A stretch of 64,000 nt of DNA from a virus: the IMG/VR virus record IMGVR_UViG_3300015370_000013, positions 31,717 to 95,716 of that record; one strand, given 5' to 3'. The number at the start of each line of letters is the position of its first letter. The stretch's first letter is position 1. The position numbers and the translations under genes are program-made. A model generated the notes under the pieces. It made no database searches. It worked only from the letters and a program-made list of their open reading frames with translations, and was not told the origin of the DNA. Positions 1 to 11,200 of the stretch are shown in pieces.

Positions 1-106
1 AGCGATATCCCTGCTATCCACTTGCTTCGGAGCTTCACGTTTACAGCGGTCACACTGTTCAGTCACTGTTACCAACATTCTCGACTCCTGACTTATCTGG
101 TGCGGG

Positions 107-1300
107 TTATTCCCCCGCAGTAGCGCGCTCCAAGCGAGCGCAAGTTTCCACACCGGGAATGCCATCCACGGTTAGGACATCGTCTTTGTGTCGTACGTTC
201 CAGTCTTGCTGGAAGATACGTACTGCTTCGGTAGTCTCTGGCCCCAAGTCCCCGTCTGCTCCGTATTTCGGTAGGGGGTCTTTGTACAGGGTCAGTAGTG
301 TTTGTTGAACGTCCGTCACGGACGTAATCGTGTCGTCTTCGTCATATAGGTCGTGTGTGGTGTTTGGGTCCTCCGCATAAAGAATTGACTGCTCCAACTC
401 GTGTAGGTCCACGACAGGGTCCATACCGGGAGCACGCACAAACCACTGTATGAAAGAGTACTCTTCGACTGGATACGTTTCGAACGCGGCCTTGTTGCAC
501 AACGCGTACGGCCACAACGGACCCATATCGTATTTACTTGTACGCCAGTCGGTGTGTTGACTCATCCGTGAGGAGTCCATACGTCCAGTCGCGGCGATAC
601 AGAGGCGTTTGAGCTTGATATTCGTGACCACCTGTTCCCAGGTGTAGGGCAACATGTACTGCGCACCACGAAACGGGGCGTCAAGCTTCACCGGTTTCTG
701 TACATCAAGAATCCTCGAAGGGAGAGGTCCCGCCCAGCTACACCACTTCCCGTTTCGACGCGTGATAAGTAGTGCGTTTACTGTCTCAATCTGAATGCTG
801 TCGCCATTACGTTTCGGTTCTCCCCACGCCGCATCCTCCAACGGAAGGATCATAAAGGGAGTTCCATCCGTAAAGGCCACGAAATGGGTGCAGGCGCCTG
901 CGTAGCCTTTCCATGTCACCGTCCGAGCTTCCACCGTCGCCCCTTTGCGGCGTTTCGCGTAGGTTGCCGCCTCTACTGCTGTGTCAAAGCGACGTGTGTG
1001 CTTACGAGGTGCAGAAGAGAACCACCCCATAGTACCCCAGCCGTTAACACCGGCGGTCGCGTGATCAAGCCACCCCAACGATTTAACGTTCTGTAGCCGC
1101 TTGCGATAACCCTGCTTCGTGGGGAAATGCTTTTTCAAACTTGGCATCAGTAACGCGATATCCAGGTGTGACCGCTGCCACAGGAGGTCGAGGGTATATT
1201 TTGCTTCTGCTTGGGTCAATGCTCCAGCACCTGCTTGTGCCCACGCAACACTCCAATCTTTGTAAATCTGTTCTTGGTTTTGTAGCAGCGCTTCAAACAC
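107..1300 (-). CDS. Endolysin: N-acetylmuramoyl-L-alanine amidase with C-terminal peptidoglycan-binding domain
   Basis: Amidase_2-like motifs DHATAG, THF, NGDSIQIE, QHTD..KYDMGP; C-terminal DGDLGPETTEAVRIFQ...VDGIPG (PG_binding_1-like). GTG start at 1300 chosen just after the upstream stop. Confidence 0.75.
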   Translation of the reverse strand: MFEALLQNQEQIYKDWSVAWAQAGAGALTQAEAKYTLDLLWQRSHLDIALLMPSLKKHFPTKQGYRKRLQNVKSLGWLDHATAGVNGWGTMGWFSSAPRKHTRRFDTAVEAATYAKRRKGATVEARTVTWKGYAGACTHFVAFTDGTPFMILPLEDAAWGEPKRNGDSIQIETVNALLITRRNGKWCSWAGPLPSRILDVQKPVKLDAPFRGAQYMLPYTWEQVVTNIKLKRLCIAATGRMDSSRMSQHTDWRTSKYDMGPLWPYALCNKAAFETYPVEEYSFIQWFVRAPGMDPVVDLHELEQSILYAEDPNTTHDLYDEDDTITSVTDVQQTLLTLYKDPLPKYGADGDLGPETTEAVRIFQQDWNVRHKDDVLTVDGIPGVETCARLERATAGE

Positions 1301-1302
1301 GG

Positions 1303-2235
1303 TTACATCTTCCTTCCGCGGCATTGAGAGTAATACCCGCACCACTTCTCACTGCAGATCCACTCAACTGGATTACAGGGTGGGAATACACCAGCGGAAA
1401 TAGACATCGCCACACTTCGTACGATCTCCTGCATCCAGAGGTGATCCGCTGGAGAGCGGTAGTCCGTGATGCGCTGAACCTTGGGTTGTTTTGTTTTTAT
1501 CATCTGGTCAAAACGTACTGCGAGAATCCCCGTTACAAAGGAATACACTGTTAGCTGTAGAGAGTCACGAATTTCTCCAGCAGATGCTGCTTTTCCTTTG
1601 GTTTTAAGGTCCGTGACACAAGTACGCATATCTTCCGGCACAGTAACACCGCGAGATTGTAACATGTGATACTCTGTTTCAGAGATGCCCACAGGAACAT
1701 TCACGTCGATAAGGTCGATGTATCCCAACATCGGAACACCTGCGATATCTTGCTCGAACTTCAGCTCAATACCTCGGGTACCGTCAGGTGACACACGGGG
1801 CTGAACTGTGGGCGCGTGGTGTTTATTATACAGCTTCACCAATTCGACACCTACGTCTTTGACTTTAAATGCCTCCGCATCTTCTTTCGCTTTGGTTGGC
1901 ACATCTACTAACCCTAGCTCGTAGCAGTCCGAATACGCTGCGAGCACTTCTTCTTCGGACGCAGGGACCTTATGATCCACGATATGGTGGTGAGTATGCT
2001 CCGCTGCTTTATGGGCGCTAGACCCAAGGATCATCGCAACACCCGGAGGACGTATCTCATCCCGAACATACCGGAGCATATACTGTCGAGCGCAGCGCAG
2101 ATACATCTCTATCTGAGACACACTGAGTCGTCCTTTGGGGAGTTTTAAAAAAGGATGCTCACTCAGTCGTGCTGTAATATCCGCCAGTTCTTCAGGGGAG
2201 ATAAGGGATTGACCTTCATCTTCGCGACCTTTCAT
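1303..2235 (-). CDS. PD-(D/E)XK (RecB/AddB-like) exonuclease
   Basis: LSVSQIEMYLRC, GSSAH, E..GYIDLID, DLKT, QLTVY and C-terminal Cys cluster C..WCGYYSQC. Confidence 0.8.
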   Translation of the reverse strand: MKGREDEGQSLISPEELADITARLSEHPFLKLPKGRLSVSQIEMYLRCARQYMLRYVRDEIRPPGVAMILGSSAHKAAEHTHHHIVDHKVPASEEEVLAAYSDCYELGLVDVPTKAKEDAEAFKVKDVGVELVKLYNKHHAPTVQPRVSPDGTRGIELKFEQDIAGVPMLGYIDLIDVNVPVGISETEYHMLQSRGVTVPEDMRTCVTDLKTKGKAASAGEIRDSLQLTVYSFVTGILAVRFDQMIKTKQPKVQRITDYRSPADHLWMQEIVRSVAMSISAGVFPPCNPVEWICSEKWCGYYSQCRGRKM

Positions 2236-2685
2236 TTACCGCCTGCCTTTAGGTGTCGGTGGTTCAAACGATTCACCGTCCATCAAACTTTGTCGAGTGT
2301 AGTCCACAGGAGGACCCTTTCGCTGCAGTGATTTACTCTGTCCCGTGAGCGCTGAAATAGAGAGGATTTCCGCTTCGTCGTCCACTTCTTCTTCTTCTTC
2401 TTCTTCATGCACCAATGGTTCGTTGGACACAGGTATTCGTGCAGGCGGTGTAGGTGCAATTCGTTGTAGCGGGTCACCCCAGGGCTTCTTACATTGAGGG
2501 CAATTATCGGGATACGTACCTTCGGTGCACTCAACCTCAATCTCGAACTGGTCGGGTTCCACCTTACGTAGCGTCATACACTCTTGACCGTCGGGGAATG
2601 TCGTCGGTTGTAGGCCACGTAGGGATAAGAGCTGTCTAACGAACTGACGGATATCCTCTTCCTCAAACGTAATTTTTGTTTTCAT
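2236..2685 (-). CDS. Hypothetical protein (CxxC, acidic tract)
   Basis: 149-aa ORF tightly coupled between helicase and nuclease. Confidence 0.6.
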   Translation of the reverse strand: MKTKITFEEEDIRQFVRQLLSLRGLQPTTFPDGQECMTLRKVEPDQFEIEVECTEGTYPDNCPQCKKPWGDPLQRIAPTPPARIPVSNEPLVHEEEEEEEVDDEAEILSISALTGQSKSLQRKGPPVDYTRQSLMDGESFEPPTPKGRR

Positions 2686-4553
2686 ATTGACTCTTCTGGT
2701 CTTATGGGGTGTTTCGTGACGCGTCTAGCGTAACGACACTTAACGTCAAATAGCACCACGTTATTTTGTAAACACGTCTGTCGTTGGAGACAACCTGCGC
2801 ACGCTAACACCGTTGCAATCGTCTCAGCTACGTTTTTACGGAGAGATAACGCGCACGCCACGTTCTCGTCCACCGTGCCCTTACCGAGTAAGCGATACAC
2901 CGTCACTGGCTCCATTTGACCTACGCGGTAGTTTCGGTCCAGGGCCTGTAGATACGATTCCAGCTTTAAGGGTAAACTAAAATAGACCATGTAGGTCGCG
3001 GCGTTGAGTGTGATACCTACCCCCATAGATACCTGTCCGAGGTACACACGACACGCACTGTCGCTGTTGAACTGGGCGACCCTGGCACCCATGTTCGACG
3101 TGGTGCCATCGACCCTGACGTACCCCCAACCCTCCGCCTGAAGCGCCTCCTCGATGATCGTCATCTCTTCGTGAAACTGCGCCCACACGATGCATTTATG
3201 TGTCGGCTCCACTAAAATTTCGGAGAGTTTACCGCGTAAAACGTCAAGTTTGGCATTAGAACTAAACCTATCAGCGACTGCTTGTACCCGAATATCTTCA
3301 TCTTTTTGACAAGAGGAGGTGTACGGTTGAATCTGCTCCTCGACACAATCACGCACAAACTCGCATCCATCACAAATATCTGGGAGGTCAGGGCGCTTGA
3401 GGACGAACCCGGATGTCACCTGCTGAAGTTTAAAGACAAGGATCCCTGGGTTAGGAATTTCCAGCGTACCGAAAGCGGATAGCAGCCCCTCATCCTGTAA
3501 TATGGCTGCAGCTTCCACGTACTCCTTCGCCATGACCAACCCGTTATATATCTGACGCTGCGACCCTGTGATGGGTACGAGGATATCCAGGATAGTCTGT
3601 TTCGGGAGGTCCAGACATTCCTCCTTACTGCGGCTAAGCGCTACTGTCGCCACCCTCTGACGTAGGATATGTAGGTTCTTAAAACCCAACACAATACGTT
3701 TATTGAGGGGTGCGGTTACACAGAACTTCTGTTTAAACGCCCACTCTGACTCAGGCGCGAAGTAGGGTGCCAGGAAACGAAGCTGCGGATACATATCCCG
3801 GGGGTCACCCAAAGAAGGTGTACCCGACATGATGATTCGTCGCCCTGCTTTCTTGCTGAGTTCACGTGCCACTTTCGACCGTGTACTAGTAATCCCTTTA
3901 ATCTGTTGAGATTCATCAGCAACGATAGCGTCGTACGGCACCAACGCTGCGACTTCTTTATAGTAACGCGACGCAGTTCCGTACGTCATCACCGTACCAG
4001 CGTACCCCGCAGTGTCCTCGATCTGTTGGAATTTCTTCTTCTTCGTAACGCCGTCCACCACCCGAAATTCTTGGTTTATCCCATGTATAGCCGGTTCCTG
4101 TCCCCATACGCTGAGGACGACCTTGGGACACAATATGAGGGGGAAACAACCCAGGGCACGCTGCCAGTCGATGATTATTTTGCTTTTTCCTAAGCCGCAT
4201 GCGTAAAAGAGTGCAGCGCGGAAAAAGTACAGCGCATGTACAAGTCCCAACAACTGATGCGCGTAGGGTTGTGTACGAAACACGAAACCCGGAGGTAGCC
4301 TCTGTGTTTTGACATGCCCCTCGAATTTATCCGCCTCCAGCACCAACCGTTTCGCACTTTCAGAAAGGGCAACCTCCAGCTTGAGTGCCGCGAAATCCTT
4401 CAGGACGATGCGGTGAAACGGGTGGTACGCCGGATAGTACCACAACCCGTTGTCCAACCGCGTGGCACCGTAGACACGAGACAAGCGCATGTCCGTTCCA
4501 GCGGTGACGAAAGCGGGAGTTCCTGCTACTTTTGTGACTTTGAGTTGTATCAT
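2682..4553 (-). CDS. SNF2-family (SF2) helicase
   Basis: PYAHQ, GLGKS (Walker A), DESQ (Walker B), SGTP, QALDRNYRVGQ (motif VI). Confidence 0.85.
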   Translation of the reverse strand: MIQLKVTKVAGTPAFVTAGTDMRLSRVYGATRLDNGLWYYPAYHPFHRIVLKDFAALKLEVALSESAKRLVLEADKFEGHVKTQRLPPGFVFRTQPYAHQLLGLVHALYFFRAALFYACGLGKSKIIIDWQRALGCFPLILCPKVVLSVWGQEPAIHGINQEFRVVDGVTKKKKFQQIEDTAGYAGTVMTYGTASRYYKEVAALVPYDAIVADESQQIKGITSTRSKVARELSKKAGRRIIMSGTPSLGDPRDMYPQLRFLAPYFAPESEWAFKQKFCVTAPLNKRIVLGFKNLHILRQRVATVALSRSKEECLDLPKQTILDILVPITGSQRQIYNGLVMAKEYVEAAAILQDEGLLSAFGTLEIPNPGILVFKLQQVTSGFVLKRPDLPDICDGCEFVRDCVEEQIQPYTSSCQKDEDIRVQAVADRFSSNAKLDVLRGKLSEILVEPTHKCIVWAQFHEEMTIIEEALQAEGWGYVRVDGTTSNMGARVAQFNSDSACRVYLGQVSMGVGITLNAATYMVYFSLPLKLESYLQALDRNYRVGQMEPVTVYRLLGKGTVDENVACALSLRKNVAETIATVLACAGCLQRQTCLQNNVVLFDVKCRYARRVTKHPIRPEESI

Positions 4554-4572
4554 GATGTTTATCTGGTTGACT

Positions 4573-5007
4573 CTACTTTATGGTCAGCGTAACGTCAACT
4601 GAACAATTGGTGCAGCGAAAAATGTAATCCGTTGCCCGAGGTCGTCTGGGGTGGGAACGCTCCGAAGGTAGAAGGAATCGATGATTTACACGCAAAGCAC
4701 CCTCTACTACTTCACACCGTGGACACAGTGGTGTGTGTTTCGTACCGAAAGCGCCCTCCAGTTCAGCGCGTTCACGGAGTAACCGTGTGATGACCAAACA
4801 ATCAGCACCTACACCTACCCACTTCCCCTTGATGTACCGACACGTCATCTGCGCGTCGGTGTATTGTAACAAGCCCCCCTTGCTCGCGCACATTAGTGCG
4901 TGTTGACACTGCCCACAAGGAACCCCCATCTTAATCGACAAACAGTCGAGTCTGACAGGGCACATGGCGCAGAGACTCTTCTTGTATTTTGGTTTGGCTT
5001 CAGCCAT
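4573..5007 (-). CDS. Cys-rich putative zinc-binding protein
   Basis: Four CxxC pairs; ATG at 5007 preceded by AAGGA. Confidence 0.55.
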   Translation of the reverse strand: MAEAKPKYKKSLCAMCPVRLDCLSIKMGVPCGQCQHALMCASKGGLLQYTDAQMTCRYIKGKWVGVGADCLVITRLLRERAELEGAFGTKHTPLCPRCEVVEGALRVNHRFLLPSERSHPRRPRATDYIFRCTNCSVDVTLTIK

Positions 5008-5039
5008 GTTATCCTTCCCTTTGTGACCAAGGTGACGCA

Positions 5040-6752
5040 ATGAGTGGATTATCTACATCAGACCTAGAATCGCTTTTCCGCCAAAATTCGGCCCATCCGA
5101 ATCCAATGTTCGATTTCCTCACAGGATTCGTACCTCGACGTCTTCGAGACTTGTTCCTGTGGATGGAGTACCTGTACTACAACTCCGCACAGATTTTCGC
5201 TGCGTTGAAGAAATTCAGTGAATACCCGATTACCGAGATCCGGTACGACACACAAAACAGTGCGCAGGAGAAGAGAATAAAACACCTTCTAGAGAAGGTA
5301 ATCAAGATCAAGAACATCCTCATCACATGTGGCCGCGACCGTTGGATTTATGGCAACGCATTCGTCTCCGTGTACCAACCATTTGCGCGTTTCCTTCAGT
5401 GCCCCGACTGTAAAAAACTCATCAACATTGAACACGTAAATTACCGGTTTAGATACTGGCAAAAAACACTACAGTTCAAATACAAATGCACGAAGTGTAA
5501 AAAAGAAGTGGCAGGAAAAGTAATCGATCGCAAAGTTACCGACCCCAAAAAGATACACATTATCCGCTGGGACCCTAAACAGATGGACATTAACTACAAC
5601 CCGTTCACTGGGGAGTCTGTGTACTATTACTCCATCCCTGGAGATTTACGTCAGAAGATACAGAAGGGGGATAAACACATCCTGAACAGTATGCCCCTGA
5701 ACTTCATCCGTGCAGCGCACGACGACAAGATGTTTCAGTTCAACAAAGACCAAATCTACCACATGAAAGTAGAGGCTCCCGCAGGCATTGACCAACAGTG
5801 GGGGTTTCCACCTTTGACCGCAGCACTAAAACTTTTCTTCTACGCGGCTGTACTCCGTAAAGCGAATGAGGCAGTTGCACTCGACCACCTCGTACCGTTT
5901 CGTATTATCTTCCCTCAACCGTCGTCTAATAACGCGGACCCTCTGCAGACCATCGCACTGGCGAATATGTTTAGTAACGTTAAAGATGGTCTTCGACTTT
6001 GGCGACGCGACCCTTTAACAATCATGCATTCACCTGTACCTATTGGGACCGCCCAATTAGGTGGTGATGGTCGTGCCCTTCTGACGTTGGGAGAGGTGAA
6101 AGAAGCCGAAGACAGTATTATCATGGCCATGGGTATACCTCGTGAATTCCTCACTGGCGGATTGTCTTTCACCGGTTCCGCCATCACCTTACGTATGCTC
6201 GAAAACCAGCTCCTCACCTATACCTCCGAACTCAATGATTTGATGCAGTGGATCACCGACAAAAGCACCAAGATGCTTGGATGGGCACGCACCGACGTAG
6301 CGCTGACCGAGTTCAAACTCATCGACGATATTCAACAGAAACAAGCGCTGGTAGCGTTAAACCAAACCAATCAGTCCATCTCGAATACAACCATAGCAGA
6401 ACTGCATGATTTCAATCTCACGAAGGAACGTGAACGGAGGATGCAGGAATCTCTGGATGAGGTTCGTTTCCAGCAAGAGCTGCAACAGAAGGTCACCAAG
6501 ATGCAAGACTCCTTGGCACAACAGGCGCAGCGTCAAGCGATGATGGGTCGGTCGGATACACAATACGACCAGCAGCAAGTGATTGCTCAAGCGGATCAGA
6601 TTGTTCAACAGCTCATGCAGCTGGACACCGGAATGCGGAAGAGTCAGCTCCACTCACTGCAAACGGAAGATGCAGTTATGTACGCCGTTGTTGTACAGCG
6701 CCTCGAACAAGCACAATTATCACAAGCACAAGAAGCGAAACAAGGCGGTTAA
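5040..6752 (+). CDS. Probable portal protein with a zinc-ribbon insertion
   Basis: About 570 aa, helical; IYGNAFV and YHMK...WGFPPL...LRKANEA segments resemble portal wing/stem; Q-rich coiled C-terminus; CPDC/CTKC insert. Confidence 0.6.
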   Translation: MSGLSTSDLESLFRQNSAHPNPMFDFLTGFVPRRLRDLFLWMEYLYYNSAQIFAALKKFSEYPITEIRYDTQNSAQEKRIKHLLEKVIKIKNILITCGRDRWIYGNAFVSVYQPFARFLQCPDCKKLINIEHVNYRFRYWQKTLQFKYKCTKCKKEVAGKVIDRKVTDPKKIHIIRWDPKQMDINYNPFTGESVYYYSIPGDLRQKIQKGDKHILNSMPLNFIRAAHDDKMFQFNKDQIYHMKVEAPAGIDQQWGFPPLTAALKLFFYAAVLRKANEAVALDHLVPFRIIFPQPSSNNADPLQTIALANMFSNVKDGLRLWRRDPLTIMHSPVPIGTAQLGGDGRALLTLGEVKEAEDSIIMAMGIPREFLTGGLSFTGSAITLRMLENQLLTYTSELNDLMQWITDKSTKMLGWARTDVALTEFKLIDDIQQKQALVALNQTNQSISNTTIAELHDFNLTKERERRMQESLDEVRFQQELQQKVTKMQDSLAQQAQRQAMMGRSDTQYDQQQVIAQADQIVQQLMQLDTGMRKSQLHSLQTEDAVMYAVVVQRLEQAQLSQAQEAKQGG

Positions 6753-6754
6753 GC

Positions 6755-7201
6755 GTGGCCAAAGAAAATGAAACATTCGCCGAACTGGTAAACCGCGCAC
6801 GACAGTTCCCCGAAGATACAGGAAAAGGTGCCAACTCCGAACTTCCTCCAGGGCTTTTGGGATCGTTAGTGCCTCCAGGAGAACCACTGGTTAACGGCGA
6901 TGATTTACGTCATGGCCCGAAAAGAGGCGACCCTAACCACGCCCAGGGTGTACCTAATTACAACTTGGCTGCACACGTTAAACGTTTCGTCATCGGTGTT
7001 CTACCCGCTGAAAAGTTTGGAGACGAGGGGGACGACTGTGACGACTCTATAGCGTATGAAAGCCTCATGAACGACATGCTCCAGGGACGAGCCATTCCTC
7101 GTTGGGAGGAGAAGAATATCCTTCGTAATGGCACACTTGTTATCATCGTTAGTTGGATGACACCTCTCCCTAAAAAAGAAAAAAAAGAAACCGAGCACTA
7201 A
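6755..7201 (+). CDS. Hypothetical protein
   Basis: 148-aa ORF coupled to the portal gene. Confidence 0.6.
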   Translation: MAKENETFAELVNRARQFPEDTGKGANSELPPGLLGSLVPPGEPLVNGDDLRHGPKRGDPNHAQGVPNYNLAAHVKRFVIGVLPAEKFGDEGDDCDDSIAYESLMNDMLQGRAIPRWEEKNILRNGTLVIIVSWMTPLPKKEKKETEH

Positions 7202-7214
7202 GGCCCGGTTTCTT
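7172..7214 (-). terminator. Intrinsic terminator between convergent genes
   Basis: aagaaaccg/cggtttctt stem followed by a T-rich run on the minus strand. Confidence 0.5.
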
Positions 7215-7269
7215 GTCTACGTAAGCACTCCTAGAGGAGGAGCAAGAGAAACGGTGCAATCCACATAGT

Positions 7270-8037
7270 CTACACCTCCGGGGTGACGGGGTTGGGGGGA
7301 ACAGTTTCGGTGAGCTTCTTCTTCTTCTTCTTCTTGGCCGCTTTCAACACATCGGCCATGGCGGCTTGAGTGGTCTTCCATTCAGACATCTCACTGACGC
7401 TCACGCCCATCTTGTGCCCTTGGGCGCGGCTCTCCGCGAGGGCCTCGTTGCGCTTCTTACTGCACGCCTGACACAGGCGTGGGGGATCATACACGTCCCC
7501 TTTCTCCAGCAACCGGTGCTTCCTGATAGCCCTCACAGCCATCCCCACCGTGACCACCACGTCGTTGTTGTGGGGACACCCGACGTTCTGCTCGTTGACA
7601 TCCCTCTTGTATCCCTTGCAGGAACGGCAGAGGACAAATTGCCGGCGCTGCGCTTCGAGCATCTCGCCCCAGCGATGGAGACCTAACTCCTCCTTGTTTA
7701 GGTTCTCCCCGTCGTAGAGTGCGATGAGGAGCTGCATATTGTGGTAGTCCAGGTAGACCGCTTCGCGTGTGCTCAACACGCACTGCGGCATGCGGGGGAG
7801 GTCCAGGGCGTTGGGCTTGCGGTGACCATCCAGCACGAACACACCCAGCTCTTTGGACGCCGCCTCGATCTCATCACACAACTGAAATAATTCGTCGGAC
7901 GTCATCTCGACGCCCTCGTTTTGCAGTTCCGCCTGGACCTCGATCAGGCGGTGGTTGTGTCGTGCGTAGAATATCTTACGCAACATGAACAAACTCAGCC
8001 CTTTGGGCCACTTAATTAGTGCCATCCACTCCTCCAT
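7270..8037 (-). CDS. Hypothetical zinc-ribbon protein with Lys-rich tail
   Basis: CRSC and CQAC motifs; lies downstream of the conserved promoter motif. Confidence 0.65.
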   Translation of the reverse strand: MEEWMALIKWPKGLSLFMLRKIFYARHNHRLIEVQAELQNEGVEMTSDELFQLCDEIEAASKELGVFVLDGHRKPNALDLPRMPQCVLSTREAVYLDYHNMQLLIALYDGENLNKEELGLHRWGEMLEAQRRQFVLCRSCKGYKRDVNEQNVGCPHNNDVVVTVGMAVRAIRKHRLLEKGDVYDPPRLCQACSKKRNEALAESRAQGHKMGVSVSEMSEWKTTQAAMADVLKAAKKKKKKKLTETVPPNPVTPEV

Positions 8038-8137
8038 GGTTCGTAGGTTTGTAAGAAAAAAACAACAAAGGGATTGAAAAGATTGTCAAACCCCCACCGT
8101 CAGGTAGGGGGGAAAGAGCACCGTAAGTAGGGGCTTG

Positions 8138-8172
8138 ACACTTACTTATACCAAAAAAAGGGCACCTTTTTG
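8138..8172 (-). promoter_or_regulatory. Bipartite promoter motif CAAAAAR-N12-TGGTATAAGTRAGTGT (copy 1)
   Basis: Same sequence and spacing at 48908 and 62904; each copy is upstream of a minus-strand unit. Confidence 0.7.
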
Positions 8173-8220
8173 TTTTTTACGGTATGCCGTATACTTAGCG
8201 CACATACAGGATGTGACCCC

Positions 8221-11200
8221 ATGCCCCGATTGACCTCCACACTCACCGACGCAGTCACTAAACGCGAGGACATCCACCGCAAAGCAGTGGAAGGTCTACA
8301 GGACGTATTTCCTATTCAAGCCGGGGAATTGTCTGTAGAAATCGAAAACCCCTACGTCCAAGCCAAAGACTTTTCCTCTCGTGCGCAAAAGGACGCCATC
8401 CTTCACGGGCACACACTACAGGAGCCCCTGCGGGCAGATGTCTTAATCAAACGGGATGGTAAAGTTATTGACCGAAAAAAAGCGATGACCTTGGGTCAAA
8501 TCCCCTACTTTAATCAGCGACACACCTTCGTAGTGGACGGTAACGAATACAGTGTGTCCAATCAAAAACGCGTACGCCCTGGAGTATACACGCGGGTGCG
8601 TGGAAATGAGCAGCTGGAAGCGGCGTTTAACCTGGGTAAAGGTGAGAACTTTCGAATCAACATGGACCCAGCGAAAGGTCACATGTTCCTGCAGTACGGT
8701 TCAACTAATATCCCCCTTTACCCTATCCTAAAACAGATGGGAGTGAATGACACGGAGCTGAAGAAACACTGGGGCGCAGGGATGGTTGACCTCAATCGTG
8801 ATGCGTTCAAAACGAAACAAGACGCCTCAGTTACTAAGCTATACGAGCGGCTGGTTCCGGCGTATCAACGCACGGCTACTGTCTCTGACAGTATGGGGCG
8901 GGAAATACAGAAGAGGTATCAAGATACACAGCTCGACCCTGAAGTTACGGAAAAGACGCTAGGTAAGGGTTTCAAACACGTCACACCCGAGACCATGATG
9001 CTCGCGTCCAAGAAGCTCCTGGACGTACACCGTAAGGGAGAAGATACCGACGACCGTGACAGTCTTGCGTTCCAAACACTGCACGGCGTCGAAGACTTCT
9101 TGAAAGAACGTATCCAGTTGGAGGGACGACGGTTACAGCGTAAGGTACGCATCAAAGCGAGCAGTCAGCAACAGAACCCCACAGTCGAAAAGATTATGCC
9201 TGCAGCACCATTCACTCGGTCACTTCGCAACTTCCTAACCACTGCGACGCTCTCAGCGATCCCTGCGCAGATTAACCCCATCGAGATTCTCGACAGTGCG
9301 GTGCGTGTCACGTCGCTGGGAGAAGGCGGCATCGGGTCGGAGCGCGCAGTCCCCAGTGAGGCGCGAAGGCTGCACCATACGCACTTTGGGGTGCTGGATC
9401 CCGGACGTACGCCAGAGTGCCACAGCAGTGACACCGAGGTATACACGAAACAAGGGTGGAAGTACTGGAGTGAGGTCACGGAACAAGACCTCCTCGCTTG
9501 TAAAATCAACGGACAACCACGCTTTCACCGACCCAAACACTTGGTCGCCATGCACTACTGTGGCCCCATGCTGGGATTAGAAACCGAAGAAACGGGGTAT
9601 CTCGTAACACCCAACCACCGTATGCGGTGTCAGCACCCAAACAAAGCGTCCTGGTGCATCGAATACGCTGAAGATATACACCACAAACCGCGTGTTTTTG
9701 ATATCGGGTACAAAATACCCCATGTAACCGACGAAACCGTACACGGCTATTTCGAACAAGCCTACGACGACCTTGTGTACTGTGCCGAAGTGCCTGGGGG
9801 TTTACTGTATACACGCCGTAAAGGTAAACCGCCCCTTTGGTTAGGCAACTCATTCCGCGCGGGCATCGATCTACGTACATCCATCTGGACGAAGAAGGAT
9901 AACCAAGGACATATGTATACCCTGATGCGTAATGCGCGCACAGGGAAACTCGAAGACGTACCACTCCGTACACTGGAACATTCGACCATCGCTTTTTCAG
10001 GGGAAGCAGATAAGCAACGTAACGTTAGTGCGATGCGTATGGGTGAAATACGTTCCGTATCGCGTAAAGACGTGGACTATGATTTACCACACCCGTCGTT
10101 CCAGTTCAGTCCCGCGACAAACCTGGTTCCTATGCCTGAAAGCCTACAAGGTAACCGCATCATTTTGGGAAGTAAGATGGCTACCCAGGCGTTACCTTTG
10201 GTTGGACGGGAGGCCCCTCTCGTACAGGTACAATCCTTCAACCCTGGACGTACTTTTGAACAGGAGTTGGCAGACCGTATTGTGCCGAGCGCACCGGTCA
10301 GCGGCAAAATTAAAAAGATTGATGAGGACTATATCTACTTACGGCCTGACGGGCGTAAAAGCGCTGCTGTGTCGGACTATCCACCTTGGTGGGAGACCCA
10401 GAGTGTTTTAACGGAGAAGAACGCTGAAGTGGGAGGAGTACCTCTTATCAAAATCCCGTACGATACGAACTTCCCTCTCGCATCCAAAACGAGATTACAC
10501 AACACGATCATCGTTAAAGAGGGCGACCACGTTGACGCGAAGCAGCATCTCGCAGGGTCTAATTTCACAAAGGACGGGGTATTAGCGTTGGGTAAGAACC
10601 TCCAGGTCGGCTATATGGCCTACTACGGTGCGAACTCTAACGATGCAGTGGTTATCTCAGCAGGAGGTGCTATCAAACTGACATCGGAACACATGTATAA
10701 AGAGTCCATAGCGCTTGACGACGATGTGGTGATGGATAAAAACAAACACCGCGCTCGCTTCGGTATGAAATGGACTGCGAAGCAGTATGACAACCTGGAT
10801 GAAAAAGGCGTAGCTAAGTCCGGTGTCACGGTGCAGCCGGGAGACCCCATCATTATTGTATTGCGTAAAACACAACCCACCGCCGAACAAAAGATGTTAG
10901 GTAAGTTGCACAGGTCCCTAACGATGCCTTTTCGAGAGGACGTGGTGACGTGGGAGCACAAGTCACCGGGTACAGTTATGGACGTTGTAGTGACGCCGCG
11001 CCGTGTTCTTGTTACGGTTGCTACTGAAGAAGCTGCGGGAGTAGGCGACAAATTAAGTGGACGTTACGGCAACAAAGGAGTTATCTCTCAAATCATACCC
11101 GATGATCAGATGGTCCAAACACCCGACGGTAAACCTATAGATATCTTAATGACCTCGGCGGGTATCGTTTCACGTATTAATCCCGCGCAGATCATTGAAA

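Noticed and set aside
1303-2235. Cas4 / CRISPR adaptation gene
   Set aside because: No cas1/cas2 or array; typical stand-alone phage exonuclease beside a helicase.
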